This document shows, one piece after another, positions 1-13,822 of a DNA stretch of 64,000 nucleotides (the stretch's first letter is position 1; every line of letters starts with the position of its first letter). The translations under genes and the position numbers were made by a program. This DNA is from Mobula hypostoma (Eukaryota). The notes under the pieces were generated by a model that was not told the origin of the DNA, made no database searches, and saw only the letters and a program-made list of their open reading frames with translations. The DNA lies in assembly GCF_963921235.1 (NCBI RefSeq), contig NC_086118.1, positions 25,732,001-25,796,000 on the forward strand, written 5' to 3'.

Positions 1-1110
1 AAGGAAATTGAGAAGTTACTCATGACCATTAGAGAATTCCCTTCCCTCGCAATAGGGTCACAGTGGATCATAGCTCTCAACGTGCAACTCGGCACTGATG
101 CCAGCTCAGATTACAAACACAGAGCCTGAAATAAAAACTGAAGGCAAGACTGCCACTAATTGTACAAAGCTAGCACACCACTAGCATAATTAATCTGGGC
201 CCAAGAGGATCTCCACACTTTGTAACTTAAACTTACTTGCAGCATAATTAAACTCCAACAAATTAGTTGAGAGTATCATTGTTTAATCTAGAAATGGAAT
301 CAAAACAGCTGAACCCAGGGTGAGACAGAATCATTAAGAGAACTGAAAATAACATCACTGTACTGTTTGTTATAATAGTAATAATGAAAGGGAAATAGCT
401 TTATCCCTTCCTCTTGCTTATACTCCATATTTCCCTCTACACTCTCAGTTCTGATGCAGATTTCAATCCAAAATATTGATCATTTCTCTGTCTCCAAAGG
501 TACTGCCTGACCTGCTGAGTCCCTTGAGCAATTTTTATTTTGCTGCAGATTATATTTGTGTCTCCAATAGTTTTAGGTAAATCTCTTCCCATAGGTAGCT
601 GATATGGAGTATTTCACCTGGAAAATGGAAGTGGATACATAAAAGATTGTAAAAAAAAATCTTAGTCTTTCTAATGAGTGCTGTGATCAATCCATGAATA
701 TTTCTCTTTAAAGTAAAAAGACATATTGTATATCTAAATTAAGGAGGATAGTGACGTTCAATATGCTTGCAGATTTCGGAAGGGACTCTCACCCACTTTC
801 ACTTGGCAGGATTGATGTGAATACAGTAAAATGGCTTCTTTCTGTTTCCTTCCCTCTGGCATCCATTTAAACTGCTCACCACTGAGTGGCTGAGGTGTTT
901 GCACAAGTGGATGCAAGCCTCACAAATTTATGCAAATTGGGAATGTACTAAAATCACAGATGGCCTCTCATCTGATCTCACCTGGCAAGTTTCACGTTTA
1001 CGTAAAACTCGGTGGGGAAGTTACCGACACTTTCTTGTCAGCTGAAGACAGGTGAACAACTGGTTGGAAGATAACTAAACAGGAATCCGGTATTTTCATG
1101 AAAACAATAA

Positions 1111-1867
1111 ATAGAAACATAGAAAACCTACAGCACAATACAGGCCCTTCAGCCCACAAAGCTGTGCTGAACATGTCCTTACCTTAGAAATTACCCAGGG
1201 TTACCCATAGCCCTCTATTTTTCAAAGCTCCATGTACCTATCCAGGAGTGTCTTAAAAGACCCTATCGTATCCGCCTCCACCAACGTCGCCAGCAGCCCA
1301 TTCCACGCACTCACCACTCTGTGTGTAAGAAACTTACTCCTGACATCTCCTCTGGACCTGCTTCCAAGCACCTTAAAGCTGTGCCCTCTCGTGCTAGCCA
1401 TTTCAGCCCTGGGAAAAAGCCTCTGACTATCCACACAATCAATGCCTCTCATCATCTTATACACCTCTACCAGGTCACCTCTCATCCTCTGTCGCTCCAA
1501 GGAGAAAAGGCCGAGTTCACTCAACCTATTCTCATAAGGCATGCTCCCCAATCCAGGCAACGTCCTTGTAAATCTCCTCTGCACCTTTTCTATGGTTTCC
1601 ACATCCTTCCTGTAGTGAGGCGACCAGAACTGAGCACAGTACTCCAAGTGGGGTCTGACCAGGGTCCTATATAGCTGCAACATTACCTCTCCACTCCTAA
1701 ACTCAATCCCACGATTGATGAAGGCCAGTGCACCATTTGCCTTCTTAACCACAGAGTCAAACTGCACAGCAGCTTTGAGTGTCCAATGGACTTGGATGCC
1801 AAAATCCCTTTGATCCTCCACACTGCCAAGAGTCTTACCATTAATACTATATTCTGCCATGATATTT
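1111..1867 (-). mobile_element. CR1 LINE, 3' end (host element split by a nested CR1)
   Basis: ORF 1222-1941 has the CR1 ORF2 C-terminus (LYRTLVRPHLEYCAQFWSP, TRGHSFK, RVVSAWNGL). (TTTCTATG)-type tail at 1111. Continues at 5629. Confidence 0.93.
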
Positions 1868-4800
1868 AGACATAGACATAGACATAGAATAGTACAGCAC
1901 AGTACAGGCCCTTCGGCCCACAATGTTGTGCCGACCCTCAAACCCTGCCTCCCATATAAGCCCCCCTATACCTGTCTAGTAGTCTCTTAAACTTCACTAG
2001 TGTATCTGCCTCCACCACTGACTCAGGCAGTGCATTCCACGCACCAACCACTCTCTGAGTAAAAAACCTTCCTCTAATATCCCCCTTGAACTTCCCACCC
2101 CTTACCTTAAAGCCATGTCCTCTTGTATTGAGCAGTGGTGCCCTGGGGAAGAGGCTCTGGCTATCCACTCTATCTATTCCTCTTATTATCTTGTACACCT
2201 CTATCATGTCTCCTCTCATCCTCCTACTCTCCAAAGAGTAAAGCCCTAGCTCCCTTAATCTCTGATCAAAAAGCATACTTTCTAAACCAGGCAGCATCCT
2301 GGTAAATCTCCTCGGTACCCTTTCCAATACTTCCACATCCTTCCTATAGTGAGGTGACCAGAACTGGACACAGTACTCCAAGTGTGGCCTAACCAGAGTT
2401 TTACAGAGCTGCATCATTACATCGCAACTCTTAAACTCTATCCCTCGACTTATGAAAGCTAACACCCCATAAGCTTTCTTAACTACCCTATCCACCTGTG
2501 AGGCAACTTTCAGGGATCTGTGGACAAGTACCCCGAGATCCCTCTGCTTCTCCACACTACCAAGTATCCTGCCATTTACTTTGTACTCTGCCTTGGAGTT
2601 TGTCCTTCCAAAGTGTACCACCTCACACTTCTCCGGGTTGAACTCCATCTGCCACTTCTCAGCCCACTTCTGCATCCTATCAATGTCTCTCTGCAATCTT
2701 TGACAATCCTCTACACTATCTACAACACCACCAACCTTTGTGTCGTCTGCAAACTTGCCAACCCACCCTTCTACCCCCACATCCAGGTCGTTAATAAAAA
2801 TCACAAAAAGTAGAGGTCCCAGAACAGATCCTTGTGGGACACCACTAGTCACAATCTTCCAATCTGAATGTACTCCCTCCACCACCACCCTCTGCCTTCT
2901 GCAGGCAAGCCAATTCTGAATCCACCTGGCCAAACTTCCTTGGATCCCACACCTTCTAACTTTCTGAATAAGCCCACCATGTGGAACCTTGTCAAATGCC
3001 TTACTAAAATCCATATAGATCACATCCACTGCACTACCCTCATCTATATGCCTGGTCAACTCCTCAAAGAACTCTATCAGGCTTGTTAGATACGATCTGC
3101 CATGCTGACTGTCCCTGATCAGACCATGATTCTCTAAATGTCTATAGATCCTATCTCTAAGAATCTTTTCCAACAGCTTTCCCACCACAGGCGTAAGGCT
3201 CACTGGTCTATAATTACCCGGACTATCCTTACTACCTATTTGAACAAGGGAACAACATTTGCCTCCCTCCAATACTCCGGTACCATTCCCGTGGACAACG
3301 AGGACATAAAGATCCTAGCCAAAGGCTCAGCAATCTCTTCTCTCACCTCGTGGAGCAGCCTGGGGAATATTCTGTGAGGCCCCGGGGACTTATCTGTCCT
3401 GATGTATTTTAACAACTCCAACACCTCCTCTCCCTTAATATCAACATGCTCCAGAACATCAACCTCACTCATATTGTCCTCACCATCATCAAGTTCCCTC
3501 TCATTGGTGAATACCGAAGAGAAGTATTCATTGAGGACCTCGCTCACTTCCACAGCCTCCAGGCACATCTTCCCACCTTTATCTCTAATCGGTCCTACCT
3601 TCACTCCTGTCATCCTTTTTTTCTTCACATAATTGAAGAATGCCTTGGGGTTTTCCTTTACCCTACTCACCAAGGCCTTCTCATGCCCCCTTCTTGCTCT
3701 TCTCAGCCCCTTCTTAAGCTCCTTTCTTGCTTCCCTATATTCCTCAATAGACCTATCTGATCCTTGCTTCCTAAACTTCATGTATGCTGCCTTCTTCTAC
3801 CTGACTAGATTTTCCACCTCACTTGTCACCCATGGTTCCTTCACCCTACCATTCTTTATCTTCCTCACCGGGACAAATTTATCCCTTACATTCCGCAAGA
3901 GATCTCTAAACATCGACCATATGTCCATAGTACATTTCCCTGCAAAAACATCATCCCAATTCAGACCCGCAAGTTCTAGCCTTATAGCCTCATAATATGC
4001 CTTTCCCCAATTAAAAATATTCCTGTCCTCTTTGATTCTATCCTTTTCCATGATAATTATAAAGGCCAGGGAGCGGTGGTCACTGTCTCCCAGATGCTCA
4101 CCCACTGAGAGATCTGTGACCTGACCCGGTTCATTACCTAGTACTAGATCTAGTATGGCATTCCCCCTGGTCGGCCTGTCCACATACTGTGACAGGAATC
4201 CATCCTGGACACACTTAACAAATTATGCCCCATCTAAACCCTTGGAACTAATCAGGTGCCAATCAATATTAGGGAAGTTAAAGTCACCCATGATAACAAC
4301 CCTGTTATTTTTGCACCTTTCCAAAATCTGCCTCCCAATCTGCTCCTCTGTATCTCTGCTGCTACCAGGGGACCTATAGAATACCCCCAGTAGAGTAACT
4401 GCTCCCTTCCTGTTCCTGACTTCCACCCATATTGACTCAAAAGAGGATCCTGCTACATTACCCACCCTTTCTGTAGCTGTAATAGTATCCCTGACCAGTA
4501 ATGCCACCCCTCCTCCCCTTTTTCCGCCCTCTTTATCCCTTTCAAAGCACTGAAATCCAGGAATATTGAGAATCCATTCCTGCCCTGGTGCCAGCCAAGT
4601 CTCTGTAATTGCCACTACATCATAATTCTATGTATGTATCCAAGCTCTCAGTTCATCACCTTTGTTCCTGATGCTTCTTGCATTGAGGTACACACACTTC
4701 AGCCCTTCTATCTTACTGTCTTTACACCGTTTATTCTGCTTCTCTTTCCTCAAAGCCTCTCTGTATGTTAGATCTGGCTTTACTCCATGCACTTCTTTCA

Positions 4801-5628
4801 CTGCTCTATCGCTCTGAGTCCCATCCCCCTCACAAATTAGTTTAAACCCTCCCGAACCATGCTAGCAAACCTACCCGCAAGGATATTGCTCCCCCTCGAG
4901 TTCAGGTGCAACCCATCCAATCTGTACAGGTCCCACCTTCCCCAGAAGAGATCCCAATGATCTAAAAATTTAAAACTCTGCTCCCTGCACCAACTCGTCA
5001 GCCACAAATTCAACTGCCATCTCCTTCAATTCTTACCATCTCTGTCACGTAGCACTGGCAGCAATCCTGAGAACGTTACCCTTAAGGTCCTGTTCTTCAG
5101 CCTTCTGCCTAATTCCCGAAACTCACACTTCAGGACCTCATCCCTCTTCCTGCCTATGTCGTTGGTCCCAACATGTATCACGACTTCTAGTTGCTTTCCC
5201 TCTCGTAACAGGATGTCGTGCACCCGGTCAGAGACATCCTGGACCCTGGCACCCGGGAGGCAACAAACCATGCGGGTGTCCTTCTCACGTCCGCAAAATC
5301 TCCTGTCTGCTCCCCTGACTATAGAGTCTCCAATGACGACAGCTCTCCTCTTCTCCGTCCCACCCTTCTGTACCACAGGGTCAGACTCAGTGCCGGAGGC
5401 CCTGACACCGTGGCTCACACCTGGTCAGTCATCCCCGCCAACAGTATCCAGGACGGTAAACTTATTATTCAGGGGAATGGCTACAGGGGTGCTCTGCACT
5501 ACCTGTCTGCTCACCTTCGCTTTCCCCCCCTGACTGTCACCCAACGACCTGCTTCCAACAGCCTAGGTGTGACTTCCTCCCTGTCGCTCTCATCTATGAC
5601 TGCCTCATTCTCCCTTATGAGTCGAAGG
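1868..5628 (-). mobile_element. Near full-length CR1 LINE: ORF1 SGNH esterase plus frameshifted ORF2 (APE endonuclease and RT)
   Basis: ORF1 5026-5418 (VVIGDSIVRG, HVGTND). Endonuclease pieces AITETW, GDFNFP, GDSDH. RT 1938-3272 (YMDFSKAFDKV, GVPQGSVLGP, FADD). (CTATGT)n tail. TATTT duplicated at 1863-1867 and 5629-5633. Confidence 0.95.
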
Positions 5629-7147
5629 TATTTGACCCACCAAAATGAACCACCTCACACTTATCTGGGTTGAACTCTATCTGCCACTTCTCAGCCCAGT
5701 TTTGCATCCTATCAATGTCCCACTGTAACCTTTGACAGCCTTCCACATTGTCCATGACACACCCAACCTTTGTGTCATCAGCAAATTTACTAACCTATCC
5801 CTCCACTTCCTCATCCAGGTCATTTAAAAAAATCAACAAGAGTAGGGATCCCAGAACAGATCTCTGAGGCACATCACTGGTCACCGATCTCCATGCAGAA
5901 CATGACCCGTCTACAACCACTCTTTGCCTTCTGTGGGCAAGCCAGTTCTGGATCCACAAAACAATGCCCCCTTGGATCCTATGCTTCCCTACTTTCTCAA
6001 TAATCCTTGCATGGGGTACCTTATCAAATGCCTTGCTGAAATCCATATACACTACATCTACTGCTCTACCTTCATCAATGTGTTCAGTCACATCCTCAAA
6101 AAATTCAATCAGGCTCGTAAGGCATGACCTGCCTTTGACAAAGCCATGCTGACTATTCTTAATCATATTATACCTCTTCATATGTTCATAAATCCTGCTT
6201 CTCAGGATCTTCTCCATCAACTTGTCAACCACTGAAGTAAGACTCACTGGTCTATAATTTCCTGGGCTATCTCTACTTCCTTTCTTGAATAAGGGAACAA
6301 CATCCACAACCCTCCAAACCTCCGGAACCTCTCCCGTCACTATTGATGATGCAAAGTTCATCACCAGAGGCTCAGCAGTCTCCTCTCTCGCCTCCCACAG
6401 TAGCTTGGGGTACATGTCGTCCGGTCCCAGTAACCTAGCCAACTTGATGCTTTCCAAAAGCTCCAACACATCCTCTTTCTTAATATCTGCATGCTCAAGC
6501 TTTTCAGTCCACTGTAAGTCATCTACAATCACCAAGATCCTTTTCTGTATTGAATACTGAAGCAAAGTATTCATTAAGTACCTCTGCTATCTCCGCTGGT
6601 TCCATACACACTTTTCCACTGTCACACTTGATTGGTCCTATTTTCTCACATCTTATCCTCTTGCTCTTCACGTACTTGTAGAATGCATTAGGGTTTTCCT
6701 TAGTCCTGTCCACCAAGGCCTTCTCATGACCCCTTCTAGCTCTCCTAATTTCATTTTTAAGCTCCTTCCTGCTAGACTTATAATCTTCTAGATCTCTTTC
6801 ATTACCTAGTTTTTTTTAACTTTTTGTAAGCTCTTCTTTCCTTCTTGACTAGATTAACAACAGCTTTTGTATACCACGGTTCCTGTACCCTACCATCCTT
6901 TCCCTATCTCATTGGAACATACCTATGCAGAACTCCACACAAATATCCCCTGAACATTTGCTACATTTCTTCTGTACGTTCCCTGAGAACATCTGTTTCC
7001 AATTTATGCTTCCAAGTTTCTGCCTGATAGCCTCATATTTCCCCTTACTCCAATTAAACGCTTTCCTAACTTGTCTGTTCCTATTCCTCTCCAAAGCGAT
7101 GGTAAAGGAGATAGAATTATGATCACTATCTCAAAAATGCTCTCCCG
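5629..7147 (-). mobile_element. CR1 LINE ORF2, upstream part of the 1111-1867 element
   Basis: ORF 5795-6574 with NYRPVSLTS and YMDFSKAFDKV. Joins 1867 seamlessly when the nested element is removed. Confidence 0.92.
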
Positions 7148-8489
7148 CTGCTGGAGAAATGTAGCAGGTTTGGCCATATTTATGGACTGCAAAAAGTTAA
7201 CTTTTCCGTTCAATGACCTATCATTAGAACCTTTTCCACAGACGTTCCCTGACGTGGTGAGTATCTCCTCCATTTTCTGTTATTATCTCAGATTTCCATC
7301 TGATTTTCATTATTTTCAATCTATAACAATAACTGCAATAACAAAGCAATTCAAATATAGAATGCTTGGCAAATATGCTGAGCTGTACACAAAACTTAAA
7401 ACAATATCAAAGCATTTACAAAAATATTGTTTGTTTTATTGAACACTCCAGAAAAAGTTAGTTTGACTTCCATTTTCAAATAAGTCTAAGATTCTTAGAT
7501 TCTAAGATTCTTATCCACAGAAAGCAATAGCTAATGAAATATGATCTATTCTCATTATTATTTCCAGTTACACATATGTTTTCTTTTAATGCCATAATCC
7601 AACAAAGTAACAAGTGGCTTTAAAACTCTGCAGGTTACCTTGGAAAGATATAACTTACACATGCAGCAATGTGTTTAGTTGTGATCAAAGTTCCCTTCTG
7701 TATATAAATCAAAGGGGTTGAATTTCACTAAGAACAGTCATTCAGATACTTACTCTGAAAAGAAAAGCACAGGAGATATTATGAATAATGTATGAATCTG
7801 CCAAGACTGAGATGTTTATTTGGCATGCAATAAGTTCTAGTGAGTGAAATTGGAACAGGTTTTCTGCTGACCTTCCTTAAAGATTCTTTCCAAGTCAAAA
7901 CTAAAGATAATGTAAATAACAACGCAGTTTAAATAAAATTAAAATTTATTGCTCAATGAATAAAGGGGCATTTGATTTAGAAGTGCTGTGAATCATTTTT
8001 CAAATGTTCACAAGAGATTTCAGACCAGAAATGTCACTCTGATCTCCAAATAAACCAAATAAAAAGCATTTTGTGGAGCAAAAGTAATGGTAATATTATT
8101 AAATTCTGTTATATAAAATAATTAAAGCGTAAATAGAAGAGATTGTATTTTATCTTCATGTGAAGAGAAAATTTAATATATTTTATTTCAAAATCAGGCA
8201 GGTTACGGGGTGTGTGTGCTGAGAGAGGTTCCCTTCAGGCAGAGTACTGAATCTATAATCCTCAGTCATAAAATATCTCTTAAAATATTCTCAGTTTTCT
8301 GCATCTACACACTCAATATCAACCATGTGCTTATATATAATAGATATTAATGTAAACTTGTCATATTATAATAACACATTGTTGTCAGTGGAAATTATCC
8401 TGCAAAGGAAATATAATAATACGAGTAGAAAGCATAAATTTAAAATGGAAATTGAATCATGTCTGCGAAGTTGATGTAATTATGCTCTG

Positions 8490-9340
8490 CCTTCTTTCTT
8501 TACTAATCTTTTTATCGATTTTTTTTAAAAAAGCATAAATACAGTCAAGAGAATTAGTTCAAATATATATATATATATCAGTAACAATATAAACCAAGAT
8601 TATATCGTTGTCAAATGTTGTCAAAATCATAGATATTGTTAAACTAGTATAAAATATATAATAATAAAAAAATGAAAATAACAACACTCCTCTTAACAGT
8701 TTATGAAAAGAAAGGAAAAAACAATGGGTTTTGAATGAAATGAAAGGGAAAAAAACCCACTACACTATAATAAAACCAAAAAAAAAGAGACTGGGCAGTC
8801 CATTTTGAGGATACGACCAAAAACAGAAAGAAGGAAGACTTTCTGATCAAATATAAAACTTTGAAAATAAATATTGAAAGAGTAATAAATCAAATTAAAT
8901 GAAAATATTGGATGAAAGGTCACCATATTTGCTCAAATTTAAAGGATGTATCAAATGTCTGACTTCTTATTTTCCCTAAACTTAAACAGGACATAATGGA
9001 GGAGAGCCAGTAAAAGACCATAGGTGGACTAGAATCCTTCCACTTCAATAAAATGGCTCTCCTAGCCAGTAAGGTCGAAAAGGCTATCGTACGTTGAGCG
9101 GAAACAGGAATATTTCCTGCTTCCGATGAGATAATCCCAAAAATTGCTGTAAGCAAGTGAGGTTGTATATGCAGATCCAAAACTCTTGATAGTGTTTTAA
9201 AAACATCTCTCCAAAAGTTATCCAGCTTTATACAAGACCAATACGTATGAGTTAAAGTGGCCAACTCAGTATTACATCTGTCACAAATAGGATTAATGTT
9301 GGGGAAAATACACGCTAGTTTATCCTTTGACATATGGACC
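8490..9340 (-). mobile_element. L1-clade LINE 3' end (ORF2 C-terminal CCHC region and 3' UTR)
   Basis: ORF 8920-9333 has CDRC...LTHTYWSC...ARRAILLKWK, followed by a T-rich 3' UTR and A-rich end. Confidence 0.85.
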
Positions 9341-9627
9341 CAATACTCTGCCTTCTAACCCCACTTACACTGGTCTGGGTTCAAATGTACAGTAATGCAC
9401 ACCTTAAGGCTGTATAATAAAATATATTATAATTAGTTCTGTGCTGTGGAGCACCATACAATTAACACACACAGAAAGAATGGAAATGTGCAACACTTTT
9501 TATTGTGAACTCGATGTCCAATTCAGGAGCAGTTTCATCAAAGCATCTTCCTCAGGATGAAAAGCAGAATGGAAGGCAGGCAACAAATGGCAGGAGAAAA
9601 GGCATGAAGGTTTGGGTATAGGGAGAA

Positions 9628-9937
9628 GTAAGTAAAGGCATCCGTTAGTCTTGCGAGACCATGGATCTGCGCCTTGAAGCCTTCGTTCTCCAGGGCGCAG
9701 GCCTGAGCAAGGTTGTATGGAAGACCGGCAGTTGCCGACGCTGCAAGTCTCCCCTCTCCACAACACCAATGTTGTCCAAGGGAAGGGCATTACAGCTTGG
9801 CACCAGTGTCGTCGCAGAGCAATATGTGATTAAGTGCCTTGCTCAAGGACACAACACATTGCCTCGGCTGGGGTTCGAACTCATGACGTTCAGGTCGCTA
9901 GTCCAATGCCTTAACCACTTGGCCACGTGCCCACACT
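9628..9937 (-). mobile_element. tRNA-derived SINE with CORE-like domain
   Basis: Minus strand has A box TGGCCAAGTGG, B box GTTCGAACC and GTCCTTGAGCAAGGCACTTAA. Second copy at 56412-56726. Confidence 0.85.
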
Positions 9938-10019
9938 TACAGCTGCATCAAGGGAGAAGTAGATCATAAAAAATCTCTCAAAGCAAATGCTATTGAAAGA
10001 AAACAGAATATGATGGAAA

Positions 10020-12115
10020 TTCTCAGGAAGGGAGTTGAGGCTTTGGCTCGTTGAGGCTTCGGCAAGGAGGGGCAAAGACTGTAAGTAGATTTTTTAAAAT
10101 TTATTCTTTCTTATTGTACAGTTGCCGGGTAGGATAGAGGAATCCTCATCTTTCGGGATGTGGGAAGGCAGGAAAACCTCCAGAGTCCCTGACGATGTCA
10201 CCTGCAAGAAGTGCATTGAGCTGCAGCTTCTAACAGACCGTATTAAGGAGTTGGAGCTTGAACTGGATGACTCTAGATCATTCAGGAGGCTGAGGAGTTG
10301 ATAGTCATGTCACACAGGGAGGTAGTTACATCCAAGGTGCAAGACATAGGTAACTGGGTGACCATCAGGAGGGGGGAGGGAGAAAGGCACTGAGGGCAAA
10401 AGGGGATAGGAAAGCCACCACAGTCAGGTCCCTGGCACTGAGTCTGGCTGTGTGGCTCCGCGGGGAAGTGGGGGAAGAAGCAAGCTGCAGTGACAGGGGA
10501 TTCGTTGGTTAGGGGAACAGAAAGGAGATTCTGTTGGTGAGAACAAGATTCTCTGATATGTTGCCTCCTGGGTGCTATAGTCAGGGGCATCTTGGATTGA
10601 GTCCACAACAATCTTAAGTGGGAGGATGAGCATCCAGGAGCCTTGGTCCATGTCAGTCCCAATTATATGGATAGGAAGGGTGACAAGGCTCTGCAAAGGA
10701 AGTTCAGGGAGTTAGGTGCTAAATTAAAGGGCAGAACCTCCAGGGTTATGATCTCAGAATTGTGACATGCACCAAGTGCAAGTGAGGCCAGAAACAGGAA
10801 GACCTTACAGAGCTGCAGATTTTTGTATCATTGGGCTCTCTTCCAGGAAAGGTGGGATCTATACGGAAGGGAGAGTTTACATCTATACTGAAGGCACACT
10901 AATATCCTAGATCGAAGGTTTGCTAGTGCTGCATGGACGGGGAGGGTTAAATTAGAGTTGTAGGGGGATGGGAACCAGAGCACCAGAGCAATAGTGGAAT
11001 GACATATAGCTTGTGAAACCTATATTCAGAGTCAGGAAACTGAAGTTTGGACATGGTGGGACTAATGTTCTGAGCTGCATATATTTCAGTGCAAAGAGTA
11101 TTGTAGGAAAAGTGATGACTATAGGGCATTGATCTGCTAGTGGAATTACGACATTGCAGCCATTACTGAGACTTGGTCGGAGGCGAGGCAGGACTGGAAG
11201 CTCATTGTTCAGGGTTCCATTGTTTTAGACGAGCTAGGGCAGGAGGGATTAAAGGAGGAGGGTGGCATTACGAATCAGAGAAAATGTCACGGCAGTGCTC
11301 AGACAAGACAGACTGGAGAGTTCATCTTGTGAGGCTTAATGGGTAGAATTGAGGAATAAGAAAGGTACGACCATGTTAATGGGATTATATTATGAACCAC
11401 CCAACAGTCCCAGGGATTTAGAGGAGCAAATGTGTAGGGAGATTGCAGATTGTTACAAGAAACGTAAGGTTGTGATTGTAGATTATTTTAATTTTTCACG
11501 TATTGACTGGAACTCCCATATTGCAAAAGGACTAGGTGAGATAGAGTTTGTCAAATGTGTTCAGGAAAATTTTCTTAATCAGTACATAGAATTCCCAACA
11601 AAAGAGTGTGGAATACTTGATTTCCTATTAGGGAATGAGACATGGCGGATGACAGAAGTTTATGTAGGGGAATACTTTGTGATCCAGTGATCATAATGCC
11701 ATTAGTTTCAAAGTAAATATGCAAAAAGATAGGTCTGGTCCACAGGTTGAGATTCTAAATTGGAAAAAAGCAAATTTTGATGGTATCAGAAAAGCTTTGG
11801 CAAGTGTGGACTGGGACAGCAGTTTTCTGGCAAAAGTGTACTTGGTAAGTGCAAGGCCTTCAAAAGTGAAATTTTGAGAATATAAATCTTGTATGCACCT
11901 GTTGGAATAAAAGGTAAAGATCTTTTGCATCTGTATTTACTTGGGAGACAGCAACAAGTAGATAGAAGTGAGGCAAAGCAACAGCGAGGGCTTGGACCCT
12001 ATCCAGATTACAGAGGAGGAGGTGTTTTCTGTCTGGTGGCAAATCAGTGTGGATAAATCCCCAGGGCCTGACAAGGTGTTCCTTTGGACCATGTGGGAGG
12101 CAAGTGCAGAAATTG
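10020..12115 (+). mobile_element. Degraded CR1 LINE, 5' half (ORF1 and endonuclease)
   Basis: TCKKCIELQLLTDRIKELELE near 10198, esterase GDSLVRG near 10497, endonuclease ORF 11349-11690. Resumes at 13493. Confidence 0.85.
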
Positions 12116-13492
12116 AATTGAATTGACTTTATTACTTCCATCCTTCATATACATGAAGGGTAAAAACTTCAGGTTACATCTCTGTCTAAATGTGCAATTT
12201 ATAGTAATTTATAGTAAATAGTATGTTCAACAGGACAGTCAACATAACATAGAAGTACAGTTGTCTCAGCATGAATTAATCAGCCTGATGGCCTGGTGGA
12301 AGAGGCTGGGCTGGAGCCTGTTGGTCCTGGCTTTTATGCTCCCGGATGGTAGCAGCTGGAACTGCTTGTGGCTGGGGTGACTCGAGTCCCCAATAATCCT
12401 TTAGGCCCTTTTTACACACCTGTCTTTGTAAATGTCCTGAATAGTGGGAAGTTCACATCTACAGATGCGCTGGGCTGTCCGCACTACTCTCTGCAGAGTC
12501 CTGCAATCGAGGGAGGTACAGTTCCCATACCAGGCAGTGATGCAGCCAGTCAGGATGCTCTCAATTGTGCCCCTATAAAAATTTCTTAGGATTTGGGGGC
12601 CCATACCAAACTTCTTCAACTATCTGAGGTTAAAGAGGCAATGTTGTGCCTTTTTCACCACACATCCGGTATGTACAGACCATGTGAGATCCTCAGTGAT
12701 GCTTATGCTGAGGAACATAAAACTTTTCATCCTCCAGATCCATTGATGTCAGTAGGGGTTAGCCTGTCTCCATTCCTCCTGTAGTCCACAACCATCTCCT
12801 TTGTTTTTGTGACATTGAAGGAGAGATTGTTTCCTTGACACCAATGTTTCAGAGTGTTGACTTCTCTGTAGGCTGCCCCATTATTATTTGAGATTAGGCC
12901 AATCAGTGTAATGCTTTCAGCAAATTTAATTAGCAGATTGGAGCTGTGGGTGGTGACACAGTCATGGGTATACAGAGAGTAAAGGAGGGGGCTTAGAACA
13001 CAGCCTTGAGGGGCACCTGTGTTGAAGGCCAGAGGGGCAGAGGTGAGGGAGCCCACTCTTACCTCCTGCCAGCGATCTGACAGGAAGTCCAAAATCCAGC
13101 TACACAAGACAGGGTGAAGGTCAAGGTCTCTGAGCTTCTTGTCGAACCTGGAGGGAATTATAGTGTTGAATGCCAAACTGTAGTCCAAGAACAGCATTCT
13201 CACATAAGCAACCCTGTTCTCCAGATGTGTAAGGACAGTGTGTAGAGCTGTGGATAATGTGTCATCTGTCCACCAGTTGGTGTCAGTAGGCAAATTGTAG
13301 GGGTCCAGTGTGGGTGGCAGCATGCTGCAGATGTAGTCCTTGACCAGCCTCTCAAAGCATTTGCTTATTTTTGAGGTGAGTGCAATGGGATGCCACTCGT
13401 TCAGACATGTTACCTTGAGCTTTTTGGGTACAGGAACAATGGTGGATGTTTTGAAGCAGGAGGGAATCTCTACACTGGGGGAGACAGAGAGA
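12116..13492 (-). mobile_element. Rex1/Babar LINE 3' fragment nested in CR1
   Basis: ORFs 12727-13323 (MLFLDYSLAFNTI, GAPQGCVLSPLLYSLYTHDC) and 12401-12619 (FYRGTIESILTGCITAWYG). (CAATT)n tail at about 12111. Confidence 0.9.
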
Positions 13493-13822
13493 GCAGGAGC
13501 CCTAGCAGAGATATTTAAAAATCCTTAGCTACCTTATGGAAGAGGTACGGAAGAATTGGAGAATAGCCGAAGTAGTTCCATTGTTTAAAAAAGGCTCCAA
13601 GAATAAGCCAAGAAATTATAGGGCTGGCGAGCCTGGCATAAGTTATTGGAAAGTATTCTAAGTGATCAGATATATGAGTATTTGGATAAACTGGGACTGA
13701 TTAGGGATAATCAACATGGCTTGGTGCATGGTAGGTCATATCTAACCAACCTTATAAAGTTTTTGAGGAAGTTACCAGGAAAGTTGATGGAGGCAAGGCA
13801 ATGGATGTTGTCTATCTAGACC
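13493..13822 (+). mobile_element. CR1 ORF2 continuation of the 10020 element
   Basis: ALAEIFK...VVPLFKKG...DVVYLD reading. Confidence 0.8.

Noticed and set aside
793..947. Possible minus-strand exon with GTGAGA donor
   Set aside because: All three frames from the best acceptor hit stops, so support is too weak.
9860..9937. tRNA gene
   Set aside because: It is a SINE head that continues into a repeated body also found at 56412-56726.
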